The notes under the pieces: model-generated
The model's database searches: none
What the model was told of the DNA's origin: nothing
The model's input: only the letters and a program-made list of their open reading frames with translations
NCBI GenBank assembly: GCA_951406725.2
Contig: OX597816.1
Span: forward strand, 142,104,001 to 142,168,000
Source: Octopus vulgaris
Taxonomy: Eukaryota
Length of the DNA stretch: 64,000 nucleotides
Direction: 5' to 3'
Program-made: the position numbers and the translations under genes
Shown: positions 25,679-38,507 of the stretch, one piece after another
Layout: every line of letters begins with the position of its first letter
Position numbering within the stretch: position 1 is the first letter of the stretch

Positions 25679-25714
25679 CTTTTACATTTTGAGCCTATGC
25701 TCTTCAACAGAAAG
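25679..25714 (-). ncRNA. Degenerate minimal hammerhead ribozyme relic
   Basis: Minus strand CTTT-CTGTTGA-A-GAGC-ATAG-GCTC-AAAA-TG-TA-AAAG; three changes from the consensus core. Confidence 0.4.
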
Positions 25715-26587
25715 GAACATGAGGAAATCAACAGAAAGAGAATAAAATAAAATTTGTGGATATATATATATATACTAGACTACTTGTAACCTGTTGGATC
25801 ACTGAGAAAGTCTGAGTTTCCCAGTGACAGTTTTGTTTCATGGGTTTTTTTTTCTTTTCCAGGTTACTTTGCATACTTTCAATGAATGTTTATCATGCAT
25901 AAACAGCTCCTTTCCCCAGAAAAGAGAAGATTTGACTGCTATATCTTGCATACCTTGCTACCACATAACTCACAAAGGGCTATAAAGCTAACCTAGGGCT
26001 ATAAGTAAAAGATATTTTCCTAGCAAATAGAGAGTATCTAGAAAGTTTTTATTTTGCATTGTAGTTGAGTGCTCCACATTAACAAAAAATAGTTGACATT
26101 AATCTTTGAAAATTCTATTGTTGTCTCTGGTTATTCTGTTTGGAACTCCTTCATTAGTAATGTTAAACATAGCCTTCCCAAATCTGGCTAATTCAAGAGG
26201 ATTAGAACAATTATTGTTTTGTCCTAGGACATCCCTGAATGAGCAAACCTATTATCAAAGACATTGCAGCTGTAACCTGCCTTTTCTTTTTTCATTCTTT
26301 CTTTTGTTTTGTATATCACACATGATGATGTTTGGCTTTCTTTCATTAAGATAGTGTTACTTGAATGAATATGGCTGGTGTTTCTGACAGGTCAATTAAC
26401 CACATAGGGATCCCTTGTGTTTCCTGTAATATGTTGTGTAGAATATATGAAGGCTTGGCAGATATTATCAAATAGAGAGTTTAGGGTTTGGTGCTATTAC
26501 AGCATGTTAGTAAGACTGTTATTCCAGGTTTGGTGATGCAAACAGGAAAAATAGAATTCAAAATATGAGTTTGTATACATATATATA

Positions 26588-26812
26588 TCATCATCGTCAT
26601 TTAACGTCTGTTGTCCATGCTGGCATGGGATGTATGGTTTGACCAGAGATGGCAAGCTGGGGAGATGCACAAGACTGCAGTCTACGGCTGGGTGCTTTTA
26701 CATGACATCACACAGGCACTTTTATGTGATGTTGCACGGGTGCTTTTACATGGTGCTTCACAAGCTCTTTTATGTGGCATTGCATGGCTGCTTTTATGTG
26801 AAACTGGCAAGG
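26588..26812 (-). mobile_element. RTE 3' tail, decayed, with short internal repeats
   Basis: (CAT)n TTTAACGTCTGTTGTCCATGCTGGCATGG; repeated GCTTTTA(C/T)(A/G)TG units. Confidence 0.7.
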
Positions 26813-29297
26813 AATCTTTATCATTTATTTATTAACTCTGTTACTTCTGCTAAATATTAATAAAAAATATGAAGCTTTTAGTAATGAGGCATGATAATTC
26901 AAGCTTTTTGTCCATCTGCAGACCCCCTGAAGGTCCACAAAGGCTGTATTTACATGAAAAATATACTATGGAGAATACAATATAGTGCAGAATATTTTAC
27001 CCAGCTACACAAATGTATACTTAAGTGGTTGATGTTAGGAAGGGCATTCAACTACAGAAACCTTGCTAAAATGTATCATATGAGCAAGAGCCATGTACGA
27101 GGACAGAAACACTGAATGAGAATTGACTTGGGCCAGGCCATAGTGTTATGTCCAACCTATGTTCTCATGGAAAGCAAATATAAAACAAAGTTTAGATTTG
27201 TAATATTTGGACATGGCTGTGTAATTGATGTAGCAGTATAAAGCCAAATACACTTCCAAGTACTAAATAGCATGTACTAAAATGTTTCTGGAAATAATTT
27301 AGTTAGAATTTTGTATTAAATAGAAATAATATTGCATAGGCAAGACTGAGATATTATTTCTGCTTATAGAAAAAGAAAAAAAACCAAAAATCTTCAAACA
27401 AACTTTGTAATTATGTTAGTATATGATTTAATATTATATTGATTTCTATGAAAATCAGTACAGCAAATTATTTTGACTTGCTGAATACTTTGATATCTTA
27501 TTTGCATTGGAACTAAGTATATGGTAGTTGGCTAAGTTATTACTGAAATCTTCATGAATTATTCAAGTCTGTATGCGGCTGTCTTGAAAGATTCTTCTTT
27601 TAATTAATCTGCTATCTAACTCATTTTGTTGGTGGTGTTTCAACGACTAATATTTTTGTGCTTGAGTATTACTGACAAAGTTAGATGTAGTCATTGGAAA
27701 TTTAATGAAAAACATTTAAATTTTGTTTATTGGAATTGCATCATTGTTTCCTAGCTTATTCTATTTCTTAATATTATCCATCACATAATGTTGTTTTCTA
27801 CAATCTCCTGTTATGTTATATTCTATATTATTTAATAATAAATCTTTCTTTCTAAGGAGTGGAGTGATTTACTCTAATACACATATAATTTCCAGTAGCT
27901 ACTAGAACACATTATCATAAAGCAAAGTCTTAAGTGACTTGATCAAAACTGAGTGTAACCGTCATATATTAAACAATCTCTAATTTTGTACAAGAAACCG
28001 AAGTCAGCATAATTGATTCCAAAACAACATTGAAATTATGCTTTCTGTACTATAAGCAAAGTAAGCATCTCTTAGATAGTACCTCTTTGCAGATAGAGCA
28101 CTGGGTAACATTTTTCTAAGGTCTATACTACTAAGGACTATGCTATATAGTTTAATGAATTGCTGAAGTGATCACTTTGGTTTTCTATGACTAGGCCTTT
28201 TTGGGTTGCTGCTACTGCTGTCTCACTTGTAGGTTACCAAGATCCAGATGTAGATCTGAATGAGAGTCAATGTGACTTATGTTATCCCCAAAAAGCAGTC
28301 TCCAAGAAATGATCATATCCCAATGAATGTTGAAAGGTAACAGCATGCTATTGAAAAATATCTGCTCCATCCTTTACACATGCTGCTAAAACGTAATCTT
28401 TCAGAGTGAGCTGCTGCTTCTAATTAACTGACTCCTTAATAAGTCTGGAGAATTGCAGTCTTATATGAAATAATTATATTTGTTTGACTGTTATCATTAC
28501 AAGGATTAAAGTTACAGCTTCATCATTCTGGCATAACAGAATGATAATTTTATATTCATCAGGATCTAAACATGATTTCAGTCTAGCTATATTGCATTTT
28601 TACATGTTTTTGTTTTTATCTATCTTCACTTTATTCAAAGATGGCTAATAATGTTTTCTATAGCATTGAGGAATTTCAAAATAACTTGAGCACTTAATAA
28701 GCCAACACATCATTAAGAAGGCAGCATTTTTATGGCTGGAATGAATAAACTCTTAGTTAAAACATTGCTGAGGCAATTTTGCCTTTATCTTCCTGAGTAA
28801 ATATATATTAGGAATATACTTTTTAAAGTTATCTCAACAGGAATATACTGGAGTCAATTTGATTGATAAAAAAGCACCTTTACAAAATTGAAACTTTTGC
28901 ATACTTTTGCATAATTGTGAAGGTTAGCATGTTCACTTCCATCTTCAATAGTAATAATTCTCATATTTCTGTTGATATTGCTCTAGACCAGCGTTTCTCA
29001 ACTGGAGTTCCACAAAAGGTTCCTAGAGGTTCCTTGAGAAAGAGTGAGATAAGCCAGTGCTAATTTCATGATCGTAATATTACTATGTATGCATAATATA
29101 TTGGTTTTTGATCATCCTATCTAACCTATTATGTTATAAGAAAAATATAACAACCCATGGGGATATAGTGATGCCTGTAATTTATGGACACCCTGTATTT
29201 TTTATTTTTACAGAGAAAAACCTTTATGTCATGTGTATACACACACACACACACATACATATATATTATATATACACATATATATGTATATATAAAA

Positions 29298-29547
29298 TGC
29301 TATTTTGCCCCAGGAAACACCATTTCCAGTTGGCTATGAGACACAAGCATTCGGTGTCCTTAAATTTTCAAACAGGGGAGATAAGCACCTCCACCCACCA
29401 ATGCCAGCATTCCCTTTTTTTAAAACTTAAGGATGCAGAACACTTGTGTCACATTGCCAACTGGAAACGGGGTTTCCTGGGGCTAAATAGCAATAGCATT
29501 CTTGCCTTTCCTGGGACTACCTCATTAAGTTGGCAACAAACCATCAC
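29298..29547. repeat. Fold-back element, same family as 50705-51309, centre deleted
   Basis: Inverted arms about 29299-29371 and 29418-29491; collinear with 50818-50903 and 51180-51308. Confidence 0.8.
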
Positions 29548-29606
29548 TATATATATATATATATATATGTTTATATTTATGTATATATAATTATATATAC
29601 ATATAT

Positions 29607-30520
29607 ATCATCATCATCATCATTTAACATGCGCTTTCCATGCTGGCATTGGTTGGACGCTGCACCAGGCTCCAATCTGATCTGGCAGAGTTTCTACAGA
29701 TGGATGCCCTTCCTAATGCCAGCCACTCAAGAGTGCTTTTTACGTGCCACCCACATGAGAGCCAGTCAGGCGGTACTGGCAACAGTCACACTCAAAAGAT
29801 GTTTTTTACGTGCCACCTGCACAGGAGCCAGTCCAATGGCACTGGCAACAACCTTGCATGAAAGTGCTAGTAAGGCGACGCTGGTAACAATTATGCTCAA
29901 AAGGTGCTTTTTACATGCCACTGGCATGGGAGCCAGTCAGCGGCCCTGGCTATGATCATGCTTGGATGGTGCTCTTAGCGCTCCACTAGCATGGATGCCA
30001 GTCAAGTGGCGGTGCTGCCATCAAATTTGGTTTTAATTTCACTTGACTCAACAGGTCTTTGCAAGCAGAGTTTAGTGTCCAATGAAGAAAAGGTACGCAT
30101 AAGTAGGCTTGTTACACCTGTGGCACAGGCCATGGGTTATGGTCTCACTTGGCTTGCCGGGTCTTCTCAAGCACAGCATATTTCCAAAGGTCTCAGTCAC
30201 TAGTCATTGCCCCGGTGAGGCCTAATGTTCGAAGGTCGTGCTTCACCACCTCATCCCAGGTCTTCATGGGTCTACCTATTCCACAGGTTCCCTCACACAG
30301 ATATCCTCATCTATTCTCACCACATGACTATACCAGCACATATCACATCTGATGCTCTCTTGCATACCACATCTGATGCTTCTTAGGTCCAACTTTTCTC
30401 TCAAGGCACTTACATTCTGTTGAGTATGCACACTGACATTACACATCCATCGGATCATACTGGTTTCATTCCTTGCAAGCTTACGCATGTCCTCAGCAAT
30501 CACGGCTGTTCATACACATG
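29607..30520 (-). mobile_element. RTE LINE 3' end (C-terminal ORF plus 3' UTR)
   Basis: ORF 30276-30503 ARNETSMIRWMCNVSVH matches the copy at 1652-1867; (CAT)n tail at about 29607-29623. Confidence 0.9.
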
Positions 30521-32147
30521 CTGGTCCAGATGGTTTCCCAGCTATCCTCCTCAAAGCGTGTAAGCATGCCCTGGCAAAACCCCTCAAGATTCTCTTCCAG
30601 AGCTTTCTTGCGAGGCAAACTGCTAAGAAAGCTGAAGGAGGGAATAATATGCCCAATACATAAAGGGGGAAGTAGAGCAGATGCCAAAAACTATAGGCCT
30701 ATCTCTCTGACTTCACACATCAGCAAAGTCATGGAACGGATAGTCAGAAAGAAACTAATCGCATTCCTTGAGGAAAATAACTTGCTGAGTAATACCCAGC
30801 ATGGTTTTCGACCAGGTAGGAGCTGCCTGATCCAGCTCTTACAGCATTATGACTGGGTGTTGAGGCAGTTACTCAACAAATCAAATGTGGACGTAATCTA
30901 CCTTGATTTTGCAAAAGCTTTTGACAAGGTGGATCATGGTATGATATGCCACAAACTGCGTGACCTCGGCATAGCTGGAAAACTTGGAGTGTGGTTGCAT
31001 GACTTCCTGAAAGATAGGAGTCAAGCAGTAGTGGCTAATGGAGCCACCTGTATGAACACACAAATAGTGAGCGGTGTTCCACAGGGCACTGTCTTGAGAC
31101 CACTGCTTTTTATAGTGGCCCTCTCAGATATGCCCTCAAATGCCCGGATAGCCACTCTGGCCAGCTATGCAGACGATACGAAAGTCTCGCAGAAAATACA
31201 GAACCCCAGCGATGTTGCACACCTGCAGCAGGAGTTGGACTCAATCTACAGATGGGCTGAGGATAATAATATGCAGTTTAATGCTGAAAAATTCCAGGCC
31301 CTGCACTACCAGCATCCAAAACTGAATATTAAACTTACAGGATACACCGGTCCACAGGGAATTTGAATCCCAGAGCCTAAGTCTGTGAGGGACCTGGGTA
31401 TCGACATGAGTGATGATACCTCTTTCCAAGTGCACATTACCAGGATGGCGACAAAGTGCAGACAACTGGCTGGGTGGATCCTAAGAACATTCAGAACCAG
31501 AGATAATGAAACCATGATGGTCCTCTGGCGGACATTCGTCCTCAGCCGCCTGGATTACTGCTCACAGCTATGGTCACCCACCAGTGTAAAATTAACAGCG
31601 GACCTTGAAACAATCCAGAGAAGATTCACAAAGAAGATCGTCTCTTTGCAACAGCTCAGCTACTGGGAAAGGTTGAAACAGCTAAGACTCTACTCCCCGG
31701 ATAGAAGACGGGTGAGGTATGCAGTTATATATGTCTGGAAGATCCTGGAAGGAATTGTGCCAAATTTTGGCATTGTAAGCTACACCAATGCTAGATGGGG
31801 ACGGCACTGCATAGTGCCAAAGATCCCAGCAATGCCATCATGCTTCAGGACCAGCTTCTGCAACAGCCTGGGTTTCAAGGGTCCACAGCTTTTTAATATT
31901 CTCCCAAAGAGTCTGAGGAACTTGCACAAAGTAGATGTAGGGGTTTTAAATCAAAGCTGGACATCTTCCTGTCAAGAGTCCCAGATGAACCTACCTCATG
32001 GCAAGAGGTGCAAATGAGAGTAGCTATATCAAACTCCATTCTTCACCAAGTGCCACATATTAGACGAGGTTCGTCGTAATAACAGTGTAGCACAAAACGG
32101 CGGTGCATCAGCATGGCCGCAGCTCTGAGCTGAAACTAGAAAAAAAA
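30519..32147 (+). mobile_element. 5'-truncated CR1-like LINE with near-complete RT domain
   Basis: GPDG, NYRPISLTS, QHGFRPGRSC, YLDFAKAFDKVDH, SGVPQG, YADDTK, RDLG; in-frame TGA at 31364-31366 separates same-frame ORFs 30473-31366 and 31385-32017; stem-loop and A-rich tail. Confidence 0.92.
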
Positions 32148-32399
32148 TGTATATATATGTATATTTATGTATATATATGTAAATATATGTATATTTATGT
32201 ATATATATGTATATTTATGTATATATGTATATTTATATGCGTATATATGTATATTTATATATATGTATATTTATATATATGTATATATATATACATATAT
32301 ATACATACATATATACATATGTATATGTATATTTGTGTAATGTGTGTGTGTGTGTATATATATATATGTGTGTATATATATATATGTATATGTGTATAT

Positions 32400-32437
<38 letters not shown>
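32148..32437. repeat. Compound (TA)n/(TG)n microsatellite
   Basis: Direct reading. Confidence 0.95.
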
Positions 32438-32441
<4 letters not shown>

Positions 32442-35400
32442 ATGTAAACTATGATGAAAATAATGTGAGAAAGATATGGTATATATATTTTTTTTTGTGC
32501 AGGGGTTCCTTGAGACATGTTATTTATTTAAGGGTTATGTAATGGTAAAAAAGGTTGAGAAACACTGCTCTAGACTATGTTTACAGAGATGTTCACAAAA
32601 ATACCAACAGTAATAAAGTAAATATGATATTTTTTCCTTTTTATTTCCTACATACTAACAGGAAAAAGACCTCTTTGCCTTGTTAGTACAATGGTTTATG
32701 AGTACAACTTTAAAAAATACAATATAGTGAAAAATTACAATTTGGTATAAATGAGGTGGGCATAATATTATGAGTTTAGACACATATTTTCTTGTTTTGC
32801 AGTCAATTGAGTAATCTGTTTACTCAGTTGACTGCAAAACATTTTCTTGCTTATATGGGCAAGGTATGCCAACAGATAATGACCGGAAATAAAGAGGAAT
32901 AGAAACTGATGTATTTTAAATTATTGTAAAAATTATCAATCAGTAAATGACTCCTTATTTAGCTTAATGTGCGTTGTAATTTGAAAGAGCTAAGAGAAAG
33001 AAGTAACATTGGTTATGTACAGCTACTGTTGAGAAAAGATAAAGAAAATTTCTGCTTAAAGAACTGAAATGGCTGGTAGGTTACTTGTTGTTCACTAGCC
33101 AAAGCAACACATGACAAAGATGAAACTAAAATAAAAGTCAGTAGTTGAATTAGGTTATTACAAATGATTTCCACTCTTTTTTGTTTCTCACAATAGACCA
33201 CTTGTCAAATCCGCACTTGTTTGCTCATTGAAGATAACTCTGTGTGTGTATGTGTGTATTAGAGGTTTTATGTAAAGCAAGCTCATCACATTTCAGTGTT
33301 AAGCTTGTGAAATCTGCATTGCATTTCCTAATTGGATCTTCTGCTGGTAGCATGTGTGAAGATTCTTTGATCTCAGATACTTGCCAATGTGGATTCCCAT
33401 CAATTAGAAGAGCACTATTCTCTAGATGATGGCAATCAAAAGTTTAGGGGAAGTAAAAAAAAAAAAATTAAGTATGGAAACATTAATTTGTTGCAGCATA
33501 TCTTTATAGTTTGATGAAAACTTTCTCTGTACTTGCACCTGCTTTCTGTTGAGATTGTAGAAAAGAAAGTTAATGTTCAACAAATACAAATAAAATTATA
33601 TTCTAAGCTGTTAGCAGAATTGTAGATCTAAACATTTCATCTTTACTAGTTGTATGTAAGCATGTGTGTTGGTGTGTCATTATTAAATTATAAAGTTGTC
33701 TACTTCTCCATAATTTTAGGTTTCTTGCTAAACTGGTAATTATTAGACAGTGTATCAATGAAAAGTATTTTAAAGTAACAGTAATGTAGTCAACTTTATA
33801 GTGTAGCAATATATTTACTAGTCACATTGTTTTATTTGAACAACTCCTTCTGAAAGTATAAGAATTATATAGCATGTATCATGTGTCTGGTCATGGCACA
33901 ACTAGTAAAACTTTGAAGTCACTGTCAACTTTTCTATCTCGTTTTTCCTTGCTGGTATGGCTTCAACATACGTACTCCATCGTATTGCCTTACCAAATGT
34001 TGCAGTTCCTTGTTAACTCTTTCATTAGTTCAGTATCCTGTGGCCTCCTTTGCCACTTTTTCTGAAATTTCCTTTCAATTTAGGCTTTTGACTTTACTTC
34101 TCACTCCATAAGGTTCATTTATCTCTATTGTCTTTTATGCTATTGCTGATTCTTCTAATTTCCATTTTCTCTCTAAGCTTACCTGAGCTCTGTTGGTCAT
34201 ACATCTAATGGAACATTCTTGCCTCATTTCTTTCCAGCCTTCACATATCTTCTACATTTAATATGTCGTACTACCATGTTAAAACCACATGTTGCACTCA
34301 AGTATTATGAGTCTGCCCTTAACTTAAAGAGAGACACTCTATTTCTTTTTTCTTTTTTTGCCAACGGAAGTAAAAATTCCCTCAATTTGTTCATCCTTAT
34401 CTTAACTCTAGCCACTATACTTTTGCAATGTCTATGTCCTTAACTCATTTCACCACCTAGGTAACAGAAGCTTTTAACTATTTCTGGTGAACCCCCAATG
34501 GGCTCAGCAGAAGTAGCTAAAAGTTCTATTAAAAAGGTTGCATTTCATGGTTGCTCCTACTGTTAACTATTCATGTGCATATGTTACATATGTAGTCACC
34601 ACTTCTCTGTCAGCCTTCTTGGGATCTCACTGTATTTTTTGTGCACCCATAATTGTTCTTGCCAACTATTTTTCTGCACGCTGAGCATAGTAACTTCCCA
34701 GATTGCAGCAAAGTTCTATATTCTCTCTTGCTGTTTAAAGCTTTTGTCCTTGCTACATTGACTTCTTGATGGAACTTTTCCTTTTATTCTTTTACTGATT
34801 AAGCTATAAGAACTAGTTTATCAGCACATAAGAGTTGTCATGAACATCCTTGAACTTCTTTACGTAGCCAATCAATGCTAGGTACAGATGTCTCACTAAA
34901 ACGCATTGGAACCTCATTCTGGCAGAAATTCATCTGGTACACTAAAACTCTATCATTTTTATGGCTTAGTCCATCAACTTGTCGGTATAATATTTTTGAA
35001 CACATCACTTTTTCGTTAATGTTGATGTTGCAATGACAAAGATGCTCTCCACATTGTTTAATTGGTTATACAAGTGATTTGCATGTACCCTACTTAACCA
35101 AACATGTTCAACATCTCAGTAACTATATTTAATGGTACCAGGGCTCTCTTTGCCTTCATGTCCTTAATGTTCCCTTTGATTATGCAGTAATCAATCTAGA
35201 TGACTGGTATGTTTGTTGAGCCTGTTTTTCTTCATTCATCAATAACTTTTTTTTCTCAGTGTCAGTGAGGATGAGAGCATTACAGCAATTATGTACTCAT
35301 CTTTCGCTGACAATGTGAAGGTTCACTATGGCATACTGTTTGTTTTGCAAATCAGATCATTTTGCACTTCTGGTCCATATTAAGTAAGAACATAGGCAAA

Positions 35401-36782
35401 CTTTTTACTTTCTGCTTCTCTCTTTGCTAGATATACTTGATGTCTTCTAGTTATCTGATATTATTCTTTATTCTACGCTTTCTTGCATTTTTTCACACAT
35501 GTCTCTTAGGTTTAATAGTTGTACAATCTCATCACTATGTCAGCTCATTTATAGCTGAAACCTTTCTTCATCCATACATTCTGATCTGTGGCCCACTGCA
35601 TATTGTCTTGTAGAAACTCACTTTTTTCTATATAATAAGTCTCTCTGATGCTGTCATGCCTTCCTTCTCCAGATTATCTTGTGTCTTCTAGTTGTCTAAC
35701 TCTTACTCTAATGACATCAATCATTAACCAATGTTTAGTGGTACAGTTTTCTTTGGAGAAAGAGTTTCACTACCAGCTGCCTTTCTCATTTCCTGCTTAG
35801 GATGAAGTCCATTTGGATTGCCTGTGCAGCTAATATGAAATTCGGTAGCTTTCTAAAGTTAGTGTTGCAAATGGTGACACGTGATAATGGTGGAAGAGTG
35901 CTGCAGATACAGTAAAAAAACTGAGGTACAAGCCTGAAAAGAGTGAAAAAAATTATAGAACAAGGAACAAATCTAGATAACTAGAAAAGAAACCCCAAGA
36001 CTTCAGGTATACTTTGGAAAATATGCCAGTATGATAAGGAGAGGTGTGGCTGTTTTATAGATTGCAATGTTGTCAGTTCAAATCAGATGTCTTTTTTCTG
36101 CAAAGCTTGTATGCAATCATTTCAACACATTTGCTCTCACTACCATGACGAAGGGAGTATGGAAATGCTTGAACAAGAGGTTGTTGAATGAAGAGAATGA
36201 GTAAGAGAGAGAGAGAGAGAGAAAGTACTCTACGTAGACAACAGGACTAGCTATAGAAATTGACAGTTATACAACTGAACTGATCAACAAGGATATGAAG
36301 GCAGTGAAAGAAGCTGGACTAATGACTAAAACCAGCAAAAAAATAATATATATATATCTTACATTATTTATATGACTTGGCTAAACTCATGTTTGAAAAT
36401 ATATATCACTTGTTTCAAATAATATTTGTATGCTAAAAACATTTCTCACTAAGTTTTATTGATATTTCTCATTGCTTTTTGTTTTTCTTTTTCTAAGGGA
36501 ACATAACCAGATTTAGTTCTTGAGTTAGTAATGCACTAAATAATACATATATAACAGAAAAGATAGTATTCTTTCAAACAAAGACATCAAAATTTTTTGG
36601 CTTTGGTTGGTTAAGATGATTGACAATGTTACAAGGAAAATGTTTGTATCTTGTTTTAAAATAGTTGGGAGTTTTTTCTAGTTCTAACTACAGCTGAAGT
36701 TTAAGAGACATTGCACAAGTGAATACATAACTGCAGTCTTTAGCAATACATCAACATTAGTAATAATAATATGTTTTGTAGT

Positions 36783-37161
36783 TACAGGTGTGGCTGTGTG
36801 ATTAAGATGTCTGTTTCCCAAATATAATGTGAAGTCCCACTACATGGAACCTTAGGGCAAGTGTCTTCTATTATAGCTCAGGCTCACCAGAGCCTTGTGG
36901 GTGGATTTGGTAAATTGAAACTGAAAGAAGCCTGTCGTAAGTGTGTGTGTGTGTGTGTACCCTTTCCATCGCTTGATAATTGTAAATGAGAATCACTGTC
37001 ATACAAGCGATATTGTTTGTTTTCAGTCTTCTATGAGGAAATTTTACCTTATTTGGAAACAGGTGAGCATTGGTGACAGGAAGAGCATCCAACTGTAGAA
37101 CATTTGCGTCAGCAAATTCTTTGATTCAAGTAATCATAAGAAAGTGATTGTTCAATGATGA
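36783..37161 (+). mobile_element. OR-type SINE with RTE-like tail, decayed
   Basis: Same head and centre as 7963-7800; tail GGAAGAGCATCCAACTGTAGAA...ATGATGA. Confidence 0.7.
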
Positions 37162-37461
37162 AGCCACACAAGACTACAAATTATGGAGATGAATTTAATA
37201 ATTAAATCAGTTCCACTACTCGTGCTTATTTCGTAATTTTTAAAAGATATTGACATTTGTAGGATTTGAACTCAAAGTATCAAATATTGTAAGGTATTTC
37301 ATCTGAAACCCCTCTAATTTTGCCACTCTATTACCCAATAATGAGACTAATGTTCTTGGCCTTTCACACACTTGCAATTGATATTTAATTAAATTAATGC
37401 ATAAATATTAATATAGCCAATACTGTAGTAATGTATTTCAGAATATCTCAAAATAGTTTTG

Positions 37462-37752
37462 CACTTCAGCTCTTCAATATCTTTCCGAAGAACCTAAGAG
37501 ACCTGCATGGGGTGGATGCAGATGTCTTTAAAATAAAACTAGATCTCTTCTTGTCAGGTGTCCCAGATGAACCAACTTCACAGCAGGAGGTGCAGATGAG
37601 GGCAGCTGCATCGAACTCTCTCATGCACCAAATGGCAATTGCTAAAAAGCATTCGTGAAGTAAAATCATGTAGCAACACCAAATGGCAGTGCCCCAGCAT
37701 GGTCACAGCTTGTGAGCTGAAACTAGATAAAAAATAAAAATAAAATAAAAAA
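37462..37752 (+). mobile_element. CR1-like LINE 3' fragment
   Basis: QLFNIFPKNLRDLHGVDADVFKIKLDLFLSGVPDEP is homologous to 31885-31995; same tail. Confidence 0.88.
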
Positions 37753-38507
37753 ATTTTAAAAAATAGTTCAACTTCTTATGCACATACACACACATATACA
37801 TGCATGCACACACCCACATACACACATCATTGTATCTGCTTTCCACACTGGGTTTTGGTGGATTGTTATGATCTAAGTCGGTTCTTTTTAAGAAACTGAC
37901 TTAGGAAGGCCATAATTCTCTTTTTAAAGAGAGTTACTGCCTTCCTGATTGGAGAATCATATCTTATTTGTATATTCCATTTTTGGCATAGTTTCTTTGG
38001 CTGGCTGGCTTAAATTGCATCAAGTACCACTTTACAGTGTATACTACATGAATCTTATCATGGCACCAGTGCTAGAGGGTTTGTCTTGACTCTACGTTAT
38101 CTCTGCTCATTTGCCAAACACTTTTGAGTATGTGTGTAACACAAGCATAGTCTTTGATTAACCTGTTCATTGTATACTTATTTTATTTTTGATTCTTGTA
38201 TTTATGATTAATTGTAAGTAGGTTCATTACTTATAAGGGAACTGTTCATCATTCTAACTCATGATATCTCCTGTTTGCCACCAGCTACAGGCAAATGACG
38301 AACTGTATTCTAATCAAAATAAGAGAAACAGATTAAAGAGTGAGGTGCCTTTTGACAAGTCACAGGCACATCTTCACTGAATGATGCTCTACAACCAATT
38401 GTACAGAATCTCAACCACATGGGATTGATGCACAATGGGTCAAAACAATCGTAATGATTAATAAAGAATCTTTTGAATTCCATTTTCTCTTTCTCTTATA
38501 TGATATA

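Larger units (their letters stand above)
28989..32567. mobile_element. hAT MITE expanded to 3579 bp by nested insertions
   Basis: TIR CAGCGTTTCTCAAC / GTTGAGAAACACTG; perfect 8-bp TSD CTCTAGAC at 28981-28988 and 32568-32575. Confidence 0.9.

Noticed and set aside
28233-28336. Plus-strand exon candidate between CTTGTAG and GTAACA
   Set aside because: Stops in all three frames; could only be non-coding, and there is no other support
31364-31366. Programmed readthrough of the TGA between the two CR1-like ORFs
   Set aside because: The copy is 5'-truncated and has other lesions (frameshift near 30612, G-to-R in the PLLF motif); a nonsense mutation is simpler
32103-32542. Y/I/C/V-rich ORFs (also 49409-49861, 52129-52598 and 63541-63976)
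   Set aside because: Translations of TA/TG/CA microsatellites
33225-33421. Minus-strand terminal exon candidate (ENSALLIDGNPHWQVSEIKE...)
   Set aside because: Plausible acceptor and 65 open codons, but no recognisable motif or partner exon
33930-35850. Very old LINE-like sequence (similarly 8220-8600, 24800-25560 and 56780-57450)
   Set aside because: Composition suggests decayed retroelements, but I could not recover enough motifs to call them
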